Position numbers and translations under genes: made by a program
The notes under the pieces: model-generated
Told to the model about the DNA's origin: nothing
What the model saw: only the letters and a program-made list of their open reading frames with translations
The model's database searches: none
Part shown: piece by piece, positions 10,179 through 19,777 of the stretch
Numbering within the stretch: position 1 is the stretch's first letter
How the letters are laid out: every line of letters begins with the position of its first letter
DNA from: Gammaproteobacteria bacterium
GTDB lineage: Bacteria > Pseudomonadota > Gammaproteobacteria > JAADJB01
DNA: 64,000 nucleotides
Direction of reading: 5' to 3'
NCBI GenBank assembly: GCA_013151035.1
Contig: JAADJB010000019.1
Coordinates: forward strand, 40,936 to 104,935

Positions 10179-11156
10179 ATGAGTTATGGCGGATGGGCAC
10201 CCTATGTGTCGGTAGCAGAACGACGTGCAAAGGCAGCTAAAGAAATAAAGAAACTGAGTAAAAAAGGCATGGAAGTCGAGCCCATCAAGGTTCAGGGCCG
10301 CAAGATTGTCAGTACCTTCTGGGGTGAAGCCTGGTGTGATCATCTGGAAAAATTCAGTGATTATGATAATCGCCTGCCAAGGGGACGAACCTATGTGCGC
10401 AACGGCTCAGTCTGTCACCTGACTATTTCAAAGGGAAAAGTTGAAGCTATCGTTAGCGGTTCTGAACTCTATAAAATAAAAATCAACATTAGCCCGCTCA
10501 GTGCAAATAAGTGGAATAACATACGCAAACAGTGTGCTGGACAGATCGGTTCCATGCTTGAATTGTTGCAGGGGTGTTTCTCCGATAATGTCATGCGGAT
10601 TGTCACCGATAAAAACAAAGGATTGTTCCCTAAACCCAGCGAGATAACGCTGGCCTGTGATTGCCCGGACTGGGCTGAGATGTGCAAGCATATTGCGGCG
10701 GTACTGTATGGTGTTGGTGTCAGACTGGATCACCAGCCGGAACTGCTTTTTCTTTTGCGTAACGTTGATCATGAAGCGCTTGTTTCAGCCGAGCTGGATA
10801 TACAGACCGTGACAGCCGGAACAGGCAAACGGCGGCGGCTGGCCGAGGCAGATCTCTCTGGTGTATTTGGGGTGGATATGGATGAGCCGCTAAAACCTGG
10901 TCGCAAAAAAAGAAAAAAGAGTGAAAGCAAGAAGGTATTTATCCCGACAGCCGCCGCCATCGTCAGACTCCGCAAACGATTCAAGATGAACAGCGCCCAG
11001 TTTGCAAAGCTACTCGGTATCAGCACCGCCACAGTGAGCAATTGGGAAAATAGCAGTGGCAAGCTCAATCTCCGCCAACGCACCCTGGATGCGCTTATCC
11101 CGGTAACTGAACTTAGCCGGGAGCAGGCCGCGAGGAAATTAAAGCGTAAGCGTTAA
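10179..11156 (+). CDS. SWIM zinc-finger protein fused to a C-terminal XRE-type HTH
   Basis: 325 aa. SWIM CxCx(n)CxH = CDCPDWAEMCKH. KR-rich linker (GKRRRL, PGRKKRKKSESKK). C-terminal FAKLLGISTATVSNWENSSG. Starts 31 nt after the SNF2 stop. Confidence 0.85.
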   Translation: MSYGGWAPYVSVAERRAKAAKEIKKLSKKGMEVEPIKVQGRKIVSTFWGEAWCDHLEKFSDYDNRLPRGRTYVRNGSVCHLTISKGKVEAIVSGSELYKIKINISPLSANKWNNIRKQCAGQIGSMLELLQGCFSDNVMRIVTDKNKGLFPKPSEITLACDCPDWAEMCKHIAAVLYGVGVRLDHQPELLFLLRNVDHEALVSAELDIQTVTAGTGKRRRLAEADLSGVFGVDMDEPLKPGRKKRKKSESKKVFIPTAAAIVRLRKRFKMNSAQFAKLLGISTATVSNWENSSGKLNLRQRTLDALIPVTELSREQAARKLKRKR

Positions 11157-11190
11157 TCTGATTTCCAGTTTATTTAATTGCATGCGCAAA

Positions 11191-11626
11191 AAATTGTCAT
11201 CCCCGCGCAGGCGGGGATCCATCAACTTGTTGATTATATTAACGCTTTTCCTGGTTCCCATGCTCCTGCGTGGGAACCCAAGGGCATGATATTATCCTGC
11301 TATGGGTATGCATTCCCACGCAGAGCATGGGAACGAGGAAAACTTGTCATCCCCGTGCAGGCGGGGATCCAGCCACTTGTTAATTATATTTCCTGGTTCC
11401 CATGCTCCTGCGTGGGAACCCAAGGGGATGATATTATCCTGCTATGGGGTATGCATTCCCACGCAGAGCATGGGAACGAGGAAAACTTGTCATCCCCGCG
11501 CAGGCGGAGATCCAGCCACTTGTTAATTATATTTCCTGGTTCCCATGCTCCTGCGTGGGAACCCAAGGGTATGATATTATCCTGCTATGGGTATGCATTC
11601 CCACGCAGAGCATGGGAACGAGGAAA
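11191..11626. repeat. Tandem array of three ~143-148-bp composite REP units
   Basis: Units start at about 11193, 11341 and 11484. Each holds hairpin GTCATCCCCGCGCAGGCGGGGATCC plus two inversely oriented hairpins, GGTTCCCATGCTCCTGCGTGGGAACC and TTCCCACGCAGAGCATGGGAACGAGG. The whole unit repeats, so there are no unique spacers. Confidence 0.9.
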
Positions 11627-11752
11627 TGCTTGTAATACAATGGATTCCTGCCTGCGCAAATGACAAGTTAACGGGACATTAGCAGTGACAATATTTATAA
11701 TATGTAACTAATTGATCAGAGGTTCCCTAGCATTATTTCAGAGGAGATATTA

Positions 11753-13225
11753 GTGGGTTTTCAAGGTTTTCAGGCCAGATATAGGCGTTTGTTTCAGGAG
11801 AGTTCTGCCTGGAAGCTACTTCGTGCAGACAATGCACCAGTGATACTGGCCTTCATCTCAGACTTATTCTCTGACGAGAATGAAGTGCCCTTTGGTCGTG
11901 CCCGCATAGCACTGGATGCTGAATTAGAGCAATGCCGTGCGTCAGGTATCTGGGAGACTGAAACCGGGGCAGGGTCTTACCTGAATCAGTGGATTCGTGC
12001 AGGTTGGTTACGTGAGATGGATGATCAACTAAGTAAAACCGATGCCAGTGAGGTGGCACTAAGGTTTTGCCAGGGCCTGGATCAAAGAGGTTCAGGTACA
12101 ACGGCATCGCATTTAAGGATTGTTCAGGAAGCGGTGCGTGATTTTGCCGTGGCGATTAGTCCTAACCCGGATGAACGGCTTAGCCTGCTTGAATACCGCA
12201 AAGCTGAGATTCAGAATGAAATTGATGCGTTGAATGCAGGTGTTGTTACCCAGCTATCTGAGGCGCAGCAACGTGAACGGATGAGAGAGATTTATCAGTT
12301 GGCTTCAGTGCTAACCGGTGACTTTCGCCGGGTTGAGGATGAGATCCGTGAGCTGGATCAGGATATTCGTGTGCAAATGATTGAAAGTGATGCGAAGCGC
12401 GGAGATATTTTGTTGTCTGTAATGGAGAAGGAAGCACTATTGGCTGACAGCGATGCGGGGAGTGCCTTCGAAGGTTTTTTTCAACTCTTGTGTGACCAGA
12501 ATCGATCAACCGAATTCAGAGATCAATTGCGTAGCATCCTGAGCCGACCGGTCGCGGAACAATTAAGCCATCAACAACAGCGATTTCTTGGTCAGCTCAT
12601 GCGGGAGCTGTCCCGTGAGAGTGATCGAGTCTTTAAAATCAGACGAAGAACGGAGGAGAGCCTTAGGGCTTATATCGAAAGCGGTGCTGCTTTTGAAAAC
12701 CGTGCGGTGGATCAATTGTTGAGTCAGCTGGAACGGCTGGCCATTGAGCTGAAAGAGGCTGCCCCGGATTTTGCCAGTGAACTCAAGAAATCGACGGCTT
12801 TATTTTTGCCGGTTGGAAACATCCGGATCACCTCACCTGACACGATGCAGCTGAGATCCCCCGATGAAAAACTGGACACCTCCGGTGTTGAAGAAGAAGT
12901 GAATTCCCGTAGCCCGAGTCTTGAAATGCTGGATTGTCTCGATGCGGTTCAGGTTAAGAAGGTGGCTTATCAAATTCGGGATACGTTGCGTCGCACAGGT
13001 CCGATGACAATTGCCTCAGTCGTTTCAATGCACCCTATGAAATCAGGACTGGAAGAACTGGTGGCTTATTTGCGCGTGGCAAAATCGGTGGGTGCAACTA
13101 CGCTGGAGGATAAAGAAGACCTGGAGATTCTGGATAAACAGGGCGTTCGTATCAAGGCATCCATACCAAAATATTTATTAAGTGCAGATTTATTTCCCGA
13201 TAACATAGAAGAGATGGTGATATGA
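11753..13225 (+). CDS. jetA: Wadjet JetA (MksF-like kleisin, DUF3375-type)
   Basis: 490 aa. GTG start preceded by GAGGAG. First gene of four overlapping genes whose sizes and order match jetABCD. ATGA overlap with the next gene. Confidence 0.8.
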   Translation: MGFQGFQARYRRLFQESSAWKLLRADNAPVILAFISDLFSDENEVPFGRARIALDAELEQCRASGIWETETGAGSYLNQWIRAGWLREMDDQLSKTDASEVALRFCQGLDQRGSGTTASHLRIVQEAVRDFAVAISPNPDERLSLLEYRKAEIQNEIDALNAGVVTQLSEAQQRERMREIYQLASVLTGDFRRVEDEIRELDQDIRVQMIESDAKRGDILLSVMEKEALLADSDAGSAFEGFFQLLCDQNRSTEFRDQLRSILSRPVAEQLSHQQQRFLGQLMRELSRESDRVFKIRRRTEESLRAYIESGAAFENRAVDQLLSQLERLAIELKEAAPDFASELKKSTALFLPVGNIRITSPDTMQLRSPDEKLDTSGVEEEVNSRSPSLEMLDCLDAVQVKKVAYQIRDTLRRTGPMTIASVVSMHPMKSGLEELVAYLRVAKSVGATTLEDKEDLEILDKQGVRIKASIPKYLLSADLFPDNIEEMVI

Positions 13226-13932
13226 GTCAGGATAAAGGTTATAACCCTGATTCAGCCTCGGGAGCAATGGAATCGATTCAACGGTCAGATAATGATAATG
13301 AAGTGAATTCTATTGAACATGAAAGTGGGGGAATGCCACCTGAGGCAAGGCGGGCACTTGTTAGTCTGCTTAAGTATGGAATTATTTTAGCTTCGCAAAA
13401 AGGCAAACCTTTTGACTCCATTTGTCGATACCAGAGCTCTGTTCGAAGCCATCTGGCTGATGTGTATTTAAAGCTTGTGCTGGATGAAAAAACGGGTATC
13501 GCTTTTGTTGCTCAGTTGGATGAAAATGATGATGAGGATCCTGATGCGGTGTCCTTAATCACCCGCAGGACGCTTTCACTCTACGATACCTTATTGTTGT
13601 TAGTGTTACGAAAACATTATCAGGAACGGGAGAGCTCAGGGGAGCAGCGCATTATTATTGATATTGAACGGATAGAGGCAAATCTTACACCGTTTCTCCC
13701 GCTAACCAATAGTATGAAATCTGATCGCCGCAAGTTAATTTCTGCACTGAACAAGATGGTTGAAAAACGTTTATTGACAAGGGTTAGGGGTAGTGATGAT
13801 CGTTTTGAAATCACACCGATTATTCGTTATGTGGTGAATGCAGAGTTTCTGGAGCAGATGTTGGAAGAGTATCAAGGTCTTGCTTGTGAAGCCGGGTTGA
13901 GTCTGAACTCGCAGGGGGATGATAATGAATAG
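13222..13932 (+). CDS. jetB: Wadjet JetB (MksE-like, DUF4194-type)
   Basis: 236 aa, acidic, between jetA and the SMC-like ATPase. Translationally coupled on both sides. Confidence 0.8.
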   Translation: MSQDKGYNPDSASGAMESIQRSDNDNEVNSIEHESGGMPPEARRALVSLLKYGIILASQKGKPFDSICRYQSSVRSHLADVYLKLVLDEKTGIAFVAQLDENDDEDPDAVSLITRRTLSLYDTLLLLVLRKHYQERESSGEQRIIIDIERIEANLTPFLPLTNSMKSDRRKLISALNKMVEKRLLTRVRGSDDRFEITPIIRYVVNAEFLEQMLEEYQGLACEAGLSLNSQGDDNE

Positions 13933-16900
13933 CAACAGTGTTTCATCGAATGATCTGTTAACCAGTCGTTCCCTGTTTAGTGTGGGACAGATTCGATTGG
14001 CGGAACTATCCGTTTATAACTGGGGATCATTTCATCACTTGCACACGGCTACCATTGATCCTTTCGGTACCCTGGTGACGGGTGATAATGGTGCGGGTAA
14101 ATCCACATTGATCGATGGTTTAATGGCCTTGTTATTACCCGCAGGCCGTGCAACTTTTAATGTGGCTGCCGCTCAGGGTGATCGTTCTGATAGAACATTG
14201 CTTTCCTATATGCGAGGTAGTTTTGGCTCTGTCCATGAGGGTAGTGGTACACGGGTTAAAAGTAAGCGGGAAGGTCCAGTGGTCACGGGTTTACGAGCAC
14301 TTTATCAAGGTGATGATGGTTCCTGTATCACCTTGGCGGCACTCTTCTGGACAACACAATCAAGCAATGCCCTGGCAGATGTTAAACGTGTTTATATTGT
14401 TGCAAGGCGTAATCTTTTGCTTAAGGAAATACTTGATGCCTTTGGCGAGGGTAATGCTCGATCTCTGAAACAGTGGTTAAGAAACGATTCATTTATTACA
14501 AACTGTGATGATCGTTTTTCAGACTATCAGGAACTGTATCGAAAATCCCTGTATATGGATAACAGAAATGCACCAGCTCTGCTATCCCGTGCATTAGGAT
14601 TGAAGAAAATTGATGATCTTACTGGCCTGATCAGGGAACTGGTTTTAGAACCCAGTACGGTTAAGGACGATGCAAGAAAAGTAGTCGATGAGTTTTCTGA
14701 TCTTGTTGCAACCCATAATCAACTGATCGATGCGCGAGAGCAAAAAGAACATTTAAGTAAATTACCGGAACTGGAGCAGGGGCTGAGATATGCCGAAAAA
14801 ACATTGCGTCGTCTGATGAGTGAGCGAGATGGTTTGGCCGCTTATTTCGGTGAGATTTGCTATCAGTTGTGGAGTAAAAAAATAGCCGCTTTGCAGTTGG
14901 TTCTGAAATATTTGTCACTATTAATCAAGCAGGTTTCCGAGCAGGAATCAGAGGCTGATTTATTGGTTGAGCAGTGTCATGAGGATTATATCAAGGCGGG
15001 TGGTGATCGTATTGAGGCGCTGAAAAACGAGTTGAAATCAGCTGAAGCCAGAATGAATAGCATTATTATTCGTTCATCAAGTTATCAGAAGGATGCCCAA
15101 GCGTTAAACCTTGATGAGGCATTATCTGAAAATGTGTTCCTTGATAATCAAGCAAAAGTCGAATCCAGTTTGGGAGGGCTTGAAGATGATAAACGAAGTG
15201 CCCAGAATAAGTTCGCGCAAATTGGCGGAGAACTCAGTAACCTGCAAACAAAACAGAAAACAATTGAAACTGAAATTACAGCAATCCAGGCACGCCCGGA
15301 TTCAAATATTGATGTAAGGTTTCAACAGTTGCGCGATGAATTGGTTGAATCCCTGGGCTTTGATCGAGAGCAGTGTGTTTTTATTGGTGAACTGATCGAT
15401 GTGAATGAAGAGCAGCGTCATTGGCAAGGTGCGATAGAGCGAGCCTTAGGAGGTTTGTGTACGACATTAGCTGTACCTGCCGATCATTTTTCTATGGTGA
15501 CCCGTTGGCTCAATACCCGGCATACAGGATTGCATGTGCGTGTTCAGGTGGTTCGAGAAACTGCGGGGCAGGCTGATTTCAAGACCCGTGGTTTTTTAAA
15601 GAAGCTTGTCTGGCGTAAGCACCCCTATCGAGAATGGCTAAAAAAGCATTTATCCCGTTTTGATTTGCACTGTGTATCATCAACTGAAGAATTGGATGTG
15701 ACACCATTCTCCATCACCCGGCAGGGCTTGATGCACATGGATAAAGGCCGGTTTGAGAAAAAAGACCAACATAAGATTGATGATCGACGTCGCTGGCAAC
15801 TGGGTTTTTCCAATAAATCCAGGTTGGCAATTTTGCACAATGATAAAAGGGGGTTAACACAGCAAATCGCTGAAACCTTGCGTTTGGTGGAGAAAGCCAG
15901 AGAAGATCTGGATGCGATAAACAGGCGAGAATCGCTTTGGGAGAAATTACGGGATTATCAATGGGATGAGATCAATGCACCGTGGTGGGAAGCAAAGGTA
16001 TCTCGAATGCAGAAAGATCTACAGGCGTTGGAACAGGCAGGCAGCGATCTTGACAAAGCCAGGCAACGCTGGGAACAGAAAAAACAGGATCTTGCCGATA
16101 TTAGAACAACAAAAGAGCAGCATAAAGTTCGTGAAGGTGCATTAAAAGAAAAATCAGCGGATGCAGATCAGCAACGGCAGTTAGCAGCAGATGCTGCGGC
16201 GCATGGGCTGGAAGATGCTGTGCGAGAGTTACTTGATAGGCGTGTAGACTCCTTGCAGGAAAATGATCTTGATAAAGTTTCATCACTGGAGCATAAATTT
16301 AGTCAGCATATTGAAAAATCGCTGGAAAAATATCGAGGGGAAAAGAGCCGGGCAGAAAATACATCCACAGGAATAATGTCGTCGTTTCGCCAGAAGTGGG
16401 AAGTAATTGCAGCTGACTGGCGTTGCGATATTGCGAGTCTTGAAGATTACCTGGAACATTTACGTCAACTTGAGGAGGAAGGGCTGCCACATCTGGTTGA
16501 GCAGTTTATTGGCCGACTCAATAAGCATGCAACACAGTCTCTGGCACGTATTCAACAGCAACTGGAATCTGAGCGTGATGAGATTATTGAACGTATCGAC
16601 ATTATTAATCGAGTGCTGACGCGCACGGAGTTCCGACCAGGTTCTCATCTTAAGCTGGGAACCAAAAAAGAAAAATACCCCCATGTTCAGTTATTTGAAC
16701 AATATATTAGAAAAGTATTAAGCCAGGCCACCAGTGAAGACCATGAGGCTCGCTTTCAACAATTGAAACTGGTTGTTGAAGTGCTGGAAAAGGCCAGCAA
16801 CCCAACAACGGCGGGTACCCTGGAAAGTTTGCGGCTGCTTGATCCTCGTTATCAGATGTCATTTTTTGCTGAAGAGCTGGATGCAAAAACTCACGAGGTT

Positions 16901-17362
16901 CGTGATGTTCTGGCATCCTCCAGTGGTAAGTCAGGTGGTGAAAAGGAGTCTTTTGCTGGCACAATTGTTGCGGCAAGTCTGGCCTATGTTTTAACGCCGG
17001 ATGGTTATGATCGACCCGTTTACAGCACGGTATTTCTGGATGAGGCGTTTTCCAATACAGCAGAAGCGGTTAGTCGTAGAGTGCTCAGGGTTTTCAGGGA
17101 ACTCCATATCCATGTTAATTTGATAACGCCCTACAAAAACCTCAATCTTGCAAGAGAGTCTGCTCGCTCATTACTTATTGCAGAGCGAGATCAGGAAAAA
17201 CATGAAAGTCACCTTTGCGAAGTGACTTGGGAAGAAATAGATCGCCGTTTAAAATCAGAGCGTGAACGAAAAACCAGGCTTGAAGCGCAAGCCCATGGAA
17301 TAGAAACCCATGCAATAAAATCGGGTGTGGAAACCGAGCAGGGGATTGATGGTGGGCTCTAG
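13919..17362 (+). CDS. jetC: Wadjet JetC (MksB/SMC-like ABC ATPase)
   Basis: 1147 aa. N-terminal Walker A GDNGAGKST. Long E/K/Q/L-rich coiled-coil middle. C-terminal Walker B VFLDEAFS. Confidence 0.9.
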   Translation: MIMNSNSVSSNDLLTSRSLFSVGQIRLAELSVYNWGSFHHLHTATIDPFGTLVTGDNGAGKSTLIDGLMALLLPAGRATFNVAAAQGDRSDRTLLSYMRGSFGSVHEGSGTRVKSKREGPVVTGLRALYQGDDGSCITLAALFWTTQSSNALADVKRVYIVARRNLLLKEILDAFGEGNARSLKQWLRNDSFITNCDDRFSDYQELYRKSLYMDNRNAPALLSRALGLKKIDDLTGLIRELVLEPSTVKDDARKVVDEFSDLVATHNQLIDAREQKEHLSKLPELEQGLRYAEKTLRRLMSERDGLAAYFGEICYQLWSKKIAALQLVLKYLSLLIKQVSEQESEADLLVEQCHEDYIKAGGDRIEALKNELKSAEARMNSIIIRSSSYQKDAQALNLDEALSENVFLDNQAKVESSLGGLEDDKRSAQNKFAQIGGELSNLQTKQKTIETEITAIQARPDSNIDVRFQQLRDELVESLGFDREQCVFIGELIDVNEEQRHWQGAIERALGGLCTTLAVPADHFSMVTRWLNTRHTGLHVRVQVVRETAGQADFKTRGFLKKLVWRKHPYREWLKKHLSRFDLHCVSSTEELDVTPFSITRQGLMHMDKGRFEKKDQHKIDDRRRWQLGFSNKSRLAILHNDKRGLTQQIAETLRLVEKAREDLDAINRRESLWEKLRDYQWDEINAPWWEAKVSRMQKDLQALEQAGSDLDKARQRWEQKKQDLADIRTTKEQHKVREGALKEKSADADQQRQLAADAAAHGLEDAVRELLDRRVDSLQENDLDKVSSLEHKFSQHIEKSLEKYRGEKSRAENTSTGIMSSFRQKWEVIAADWRCDIASLEDYLEHLRQLEEEGLPHLVEQFIGRLNKHATQSLARIQQQLESERDEIIERIDIINRVLTRTEFRPGSHLKLGTKKEKYPHVQLFEQYIRKVLSQATSEDHEARFQQLKLVVEVLEKASNPTTAGTLESLRLLDPRYQMSFFAEELDAKTHEVRDVLASSSGKSGGEKESFAGTIVAASLAYVLTPDGYDRPVYSTVFLDEAFSNTAEAVSRRVLRVFRELHIHVNLITPYKNLNLARESARSLLIAERDQEKHESHLCEVTWEEIDRRLKSERERKTRLEAQAHGIETHAIKSGVETEQGIDGGL

Positions 17363-18545
17363 ATTGTCAGCCCGGGATTGGGGGTTATTGCCTGCGGATG
17401 TGAGAGTCCTGGTTTTAAAACGGGAATGGAATAATGATGCAGGCTTGAAGGCGCGTCTTCTGAATCGCAAACCCTTTCCGATTCGTATCGGGCTAAAGCC
17501 ACCCGCAGGGCGTAGCGCCATTGCTGATATCGCCCACTTTCAAAGATTTATTGGTGAATGGCGTTCGTATTCATTGCAAAAAAATATTCGATGGGAATCT
17601 CGGCGTTATAGAGCACTTGCAGAACAAACAGTGCCAAAGTTTTTTATTCTTGAAAACATTAAAGAGTTGATTGAGTTTGTTGGCAAAGAGGCACTTGTCC
17701 GGAGTGAAAAATGGACGAAAAACATGGCTCCGCTGCTGTCGATTAGAGCGGATCTCTATCCAGCACTGGTAAAACATTTGAAAACCATTGAGTTGATACA
17801 ATTATCTGATGCTGAGTTAGTTCACGATCTAGTCAAACAATTGTCCTTTCAAATGGGGGCGGGACTTTACCTGCGAGCCCTGCCTCTGATCGGTGTAGAT
17901 ACCAAGTTTTTAGAAAATCACCAGGCGCTGATATCGGATCTTCTGGATGTTCTGCATGATGGCGAGATCACGGCAAGCGGCGGGCTGCTTGAATGGCTCG
18001 GCTGCCTGAAAAACCCGAAAGGCTGGTTAACAGTTCGCCCGCTGTGCGAAAAAGTAAAAATGAACATCGGTGGTTTTCCTGTCATGCAACTTCATAACGA
18101 TGTTTTGCGAGAACATGCACTACCCGCTAACAATATTCTTGTGGTGGAGAATATGCAGTCAGGATTAGGTCTGCCTTTGCTCAAGGATACTATCGCCGTA
18201 TTGGGTGGCGGTAAGAATGTTAGCTGGATGGATGCTGACTGGCTTAAATCCAGGCGCGTTGCCTATTGGGGGGATATTGATACCTGGGGGCTATCTATAT
18301 TGAGTGATGTTCGTTCTAAGCTCTCATCTGTTAAAGCGATCATGATGGATTCAGATACCCTTGGACAGCATGAAGATCGTATGGTTGTTGAACCGGAACC
18401 GTTGCAATATCTACCCGAATTTCTAACTGACTCTGAAGCGAAAATATTCTCGAATTTAAAGAACGGTTATTACCAGGGTTCCAGACTGGAGCAGGAGCGG
18501 TTGTCTCCCGACTATATACGTATCAAGCTGGAAGCTTGGCGATAA
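17349..18545 (+). CDS. jetD: Wadjet JetD (Toprim-type nuclease, DUF3322/DUF2220-type)
   Basis: 398 aa from ATG 17349, which overlaps the jetC end by 14 nt. Acidic Toprim-like motifs ILVVENMQSG and YWGDIDTWGLSIL. Confidence 0.85.
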   Translation: MVGSRLSARDWGLLPADVRVLVLKREWNNDAGLKARLLNRKPFPIRIGLKPPAGRSAIADIAHFQRFIGEWRSYSLQKNIRWESRRYRALAEQTVPKFFILENIKELIEFVGKEALVRSEKWTKNMAPLLSIRADLYPALVKHLKTIELIQLSDAELVHDLVKQLSFQMGAGLYLRALPLIGVDTKFLENHQALISDLLDVLHDGEITASGGLLEWLGCLKNPKGWLTVRPLCEKVKMNIGGFPVMQLHNDVLREHALPANNILVVENMQSGLGLPLLKDTIAVLGGGKNVSWMDADWLKSRRVAYWGDIDTWGLSILSDVRSKLSSVKAIMMDSDTLGQHEDRMVVEPEPLQYLPEFLTDSEAKIFSNLKNGYYQGSRLEQERLSPDYIRIKLEAWR

Positions 18546-19076
18546 GCATTTTTAGAAATACGGTAATAGACACGGGTCTTAATATTATGAAACTCAATAC
18601 GGAGCATTTAGGTCGATGTTCTTGACTGGACACGGTTGCAGAAGAGACGCTTAAATTGCTCCCTGGTTTTATCGCTGATGCCAAACAATTAAACCAGGCA
18701 CTGAAGCGTATTGAATCGAGAAGTAGTGCGCAGGTGAAGTTGAAAAAGCAGCAGAGGTAAGTCTAGCCAAAGTTTTTCGGGGAAGCCATCCTCTTCGAGG
18801 TCGAAATCGGGGAGCTTGCTTATATGGACAAGCTCCAAAGCCTCCAGGGGCATATCCATCCGGATAAACGGGAACTGGATGAGGCGCTTTATCGACTCTA
18901 TGAGAACGCAGCTGGTGATGATACTCGTATCACACACTACCATTGAGGCGAAAAAGGCCTACGAGCGCGGTGTGAGTGAGTTTAATGTGACCAGACAAGG
19001 CGTTAATTTTTTTGCCCTGGAGGAAAAGTCTTTATCGAAGGTATAGAGTTTTCATATTCAGGGGTTTTGCTGTTGA

Positions 19077-19109
19077 TATATCCAAATCAGCCCGCTATGA
19101 TTGGATATA
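19077..19109. promoter_or_regulatory. 9-bp inverted repeat upstream of vapB; candidate operator
   Basis: TATATCCAA (19077-19085) and TTGGATATA (19101-19109), 15-nt spacer, about 27 nt upstream of the vapB start. Confidence 0.35.
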
Positions 19110-19135
19110 CCACAAGGATATACATGGAGATTACG

Positions 19136-19372
19136 ATGACTGCAATCCACACCACCCTTTTTAAGAGCAACAAAACCCAGGCAGTGAGACTCCCCAAACC
19201 GGTTGCATTGCCGGAATCTATCAAAAAAGTGGCTATTGTTGCCATTGGTAATACCCGGATCATCACTCCTGCTGGAGAGTCATGGGATCACTGGTTTGAC
19301 AGTCCCGGTGTATCCGATGACTTCATGCTCGATCGTGAACAAGCTTCAGGCCAGGATCGTGAGGCGTTTTAA
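19136..19372 (+). CDS. vapB: Type II antitoxin VapB (AbrB/SpoVT-type)
   Basis: MTAIHTTLFKSNKTQAVRLPKPVALPESIKKVAIVAIGNTRIITP. GGAGA lies 6 nt upstream of ATG 19136. The track ORF starts further upstream (19067). Confidence 0.85.
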   Translation: MTAIHTTLFKSNKTQAVRLPKPVALPESIKKVAIVAIGNTRIITPAGESWDHWFDSPGVSDDFMLDREQASGQDREAF

Positions 19373-19374
19373 AC

Positions 19375-19773
19375 ATGCTGAAATACATGCTGGATACCAA
19401 TATCGTTATCTACACGATCAAGAATCGTCCAGAACAAGTTCGTGATGCCTTCAAACAACACGAGAATCAGATGTGCATCTCAGCTGTTACACGTGGTGAG
19501 CTGATTTTTGGCGCTGAAAGATCCTCCCAGACTGAACGAAACCTTGCAGATATTGAGGGTCTGATTGCACGCCTGGAAGTTGTACCCTTTGAAGAACACG
19601 CGTCGGAACATTTTGGGCAACTCAGAGCGGAACTATATCGTACCGGACAGCCTATCGGGCCTTACGACATGATGATTGCTGGCCACGCAAGGGCAATGGG
19701 TTTAATCCTGGTCACCAATAATATGAAAGAGTTTGAACGGGTGCCAGGACTCCGACTTGAGAATTGGGCGTGA
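19375..19773 (+). CDS. vapC: Type II toxin VapC (PIN-domain ribonuclease)
   Basis: 132 aa. MLDTNIVIY (first acidic PIN residue), GELIFGAERS, LVTNNMKEFERVPGL. Starts 2 nt after vapB. Confidence 0.9.
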   Translation: MLKYMLDTNIVIYTIKNRPEQVRDAFKQHENQMCISAVTRGELIFGAERSSQTERNLADIEGLIARLEVVPFEEHASEHFGQLRAELYRTGQPIGPYDMMIAGHARAMGLILVTNNMKEFERVPGLRLENWA

Positions 19774-19777
19774 GTGA

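Noticed and set aside
11178-11663. Overlapping ORFs of 60-161 aa (VIPAQAGIH..., GSHAPAWEPKG...) and a regularly spaced repeat pattern that could suggest protein-coding genes or a CRISPR array
   Set aside because: The entire ~143-bp unit repeats, including the would-be spacers, so there are no unique spacers. The repeats are hairpin REP modules found singly elsewhere in the window, and the ORFs are open in several frames on both strands because of the repetition. No cas genes are nearby.
18689-19046. ORFs 18689..18943 (-) and 18816..19046 (+) in the gap after jetD
   Set aside because: There are no recognisable motifs as whole ORFs, and the two overlap each other on opposite strands. The region is better explained as eroded fragments (see the decay-zone finding).
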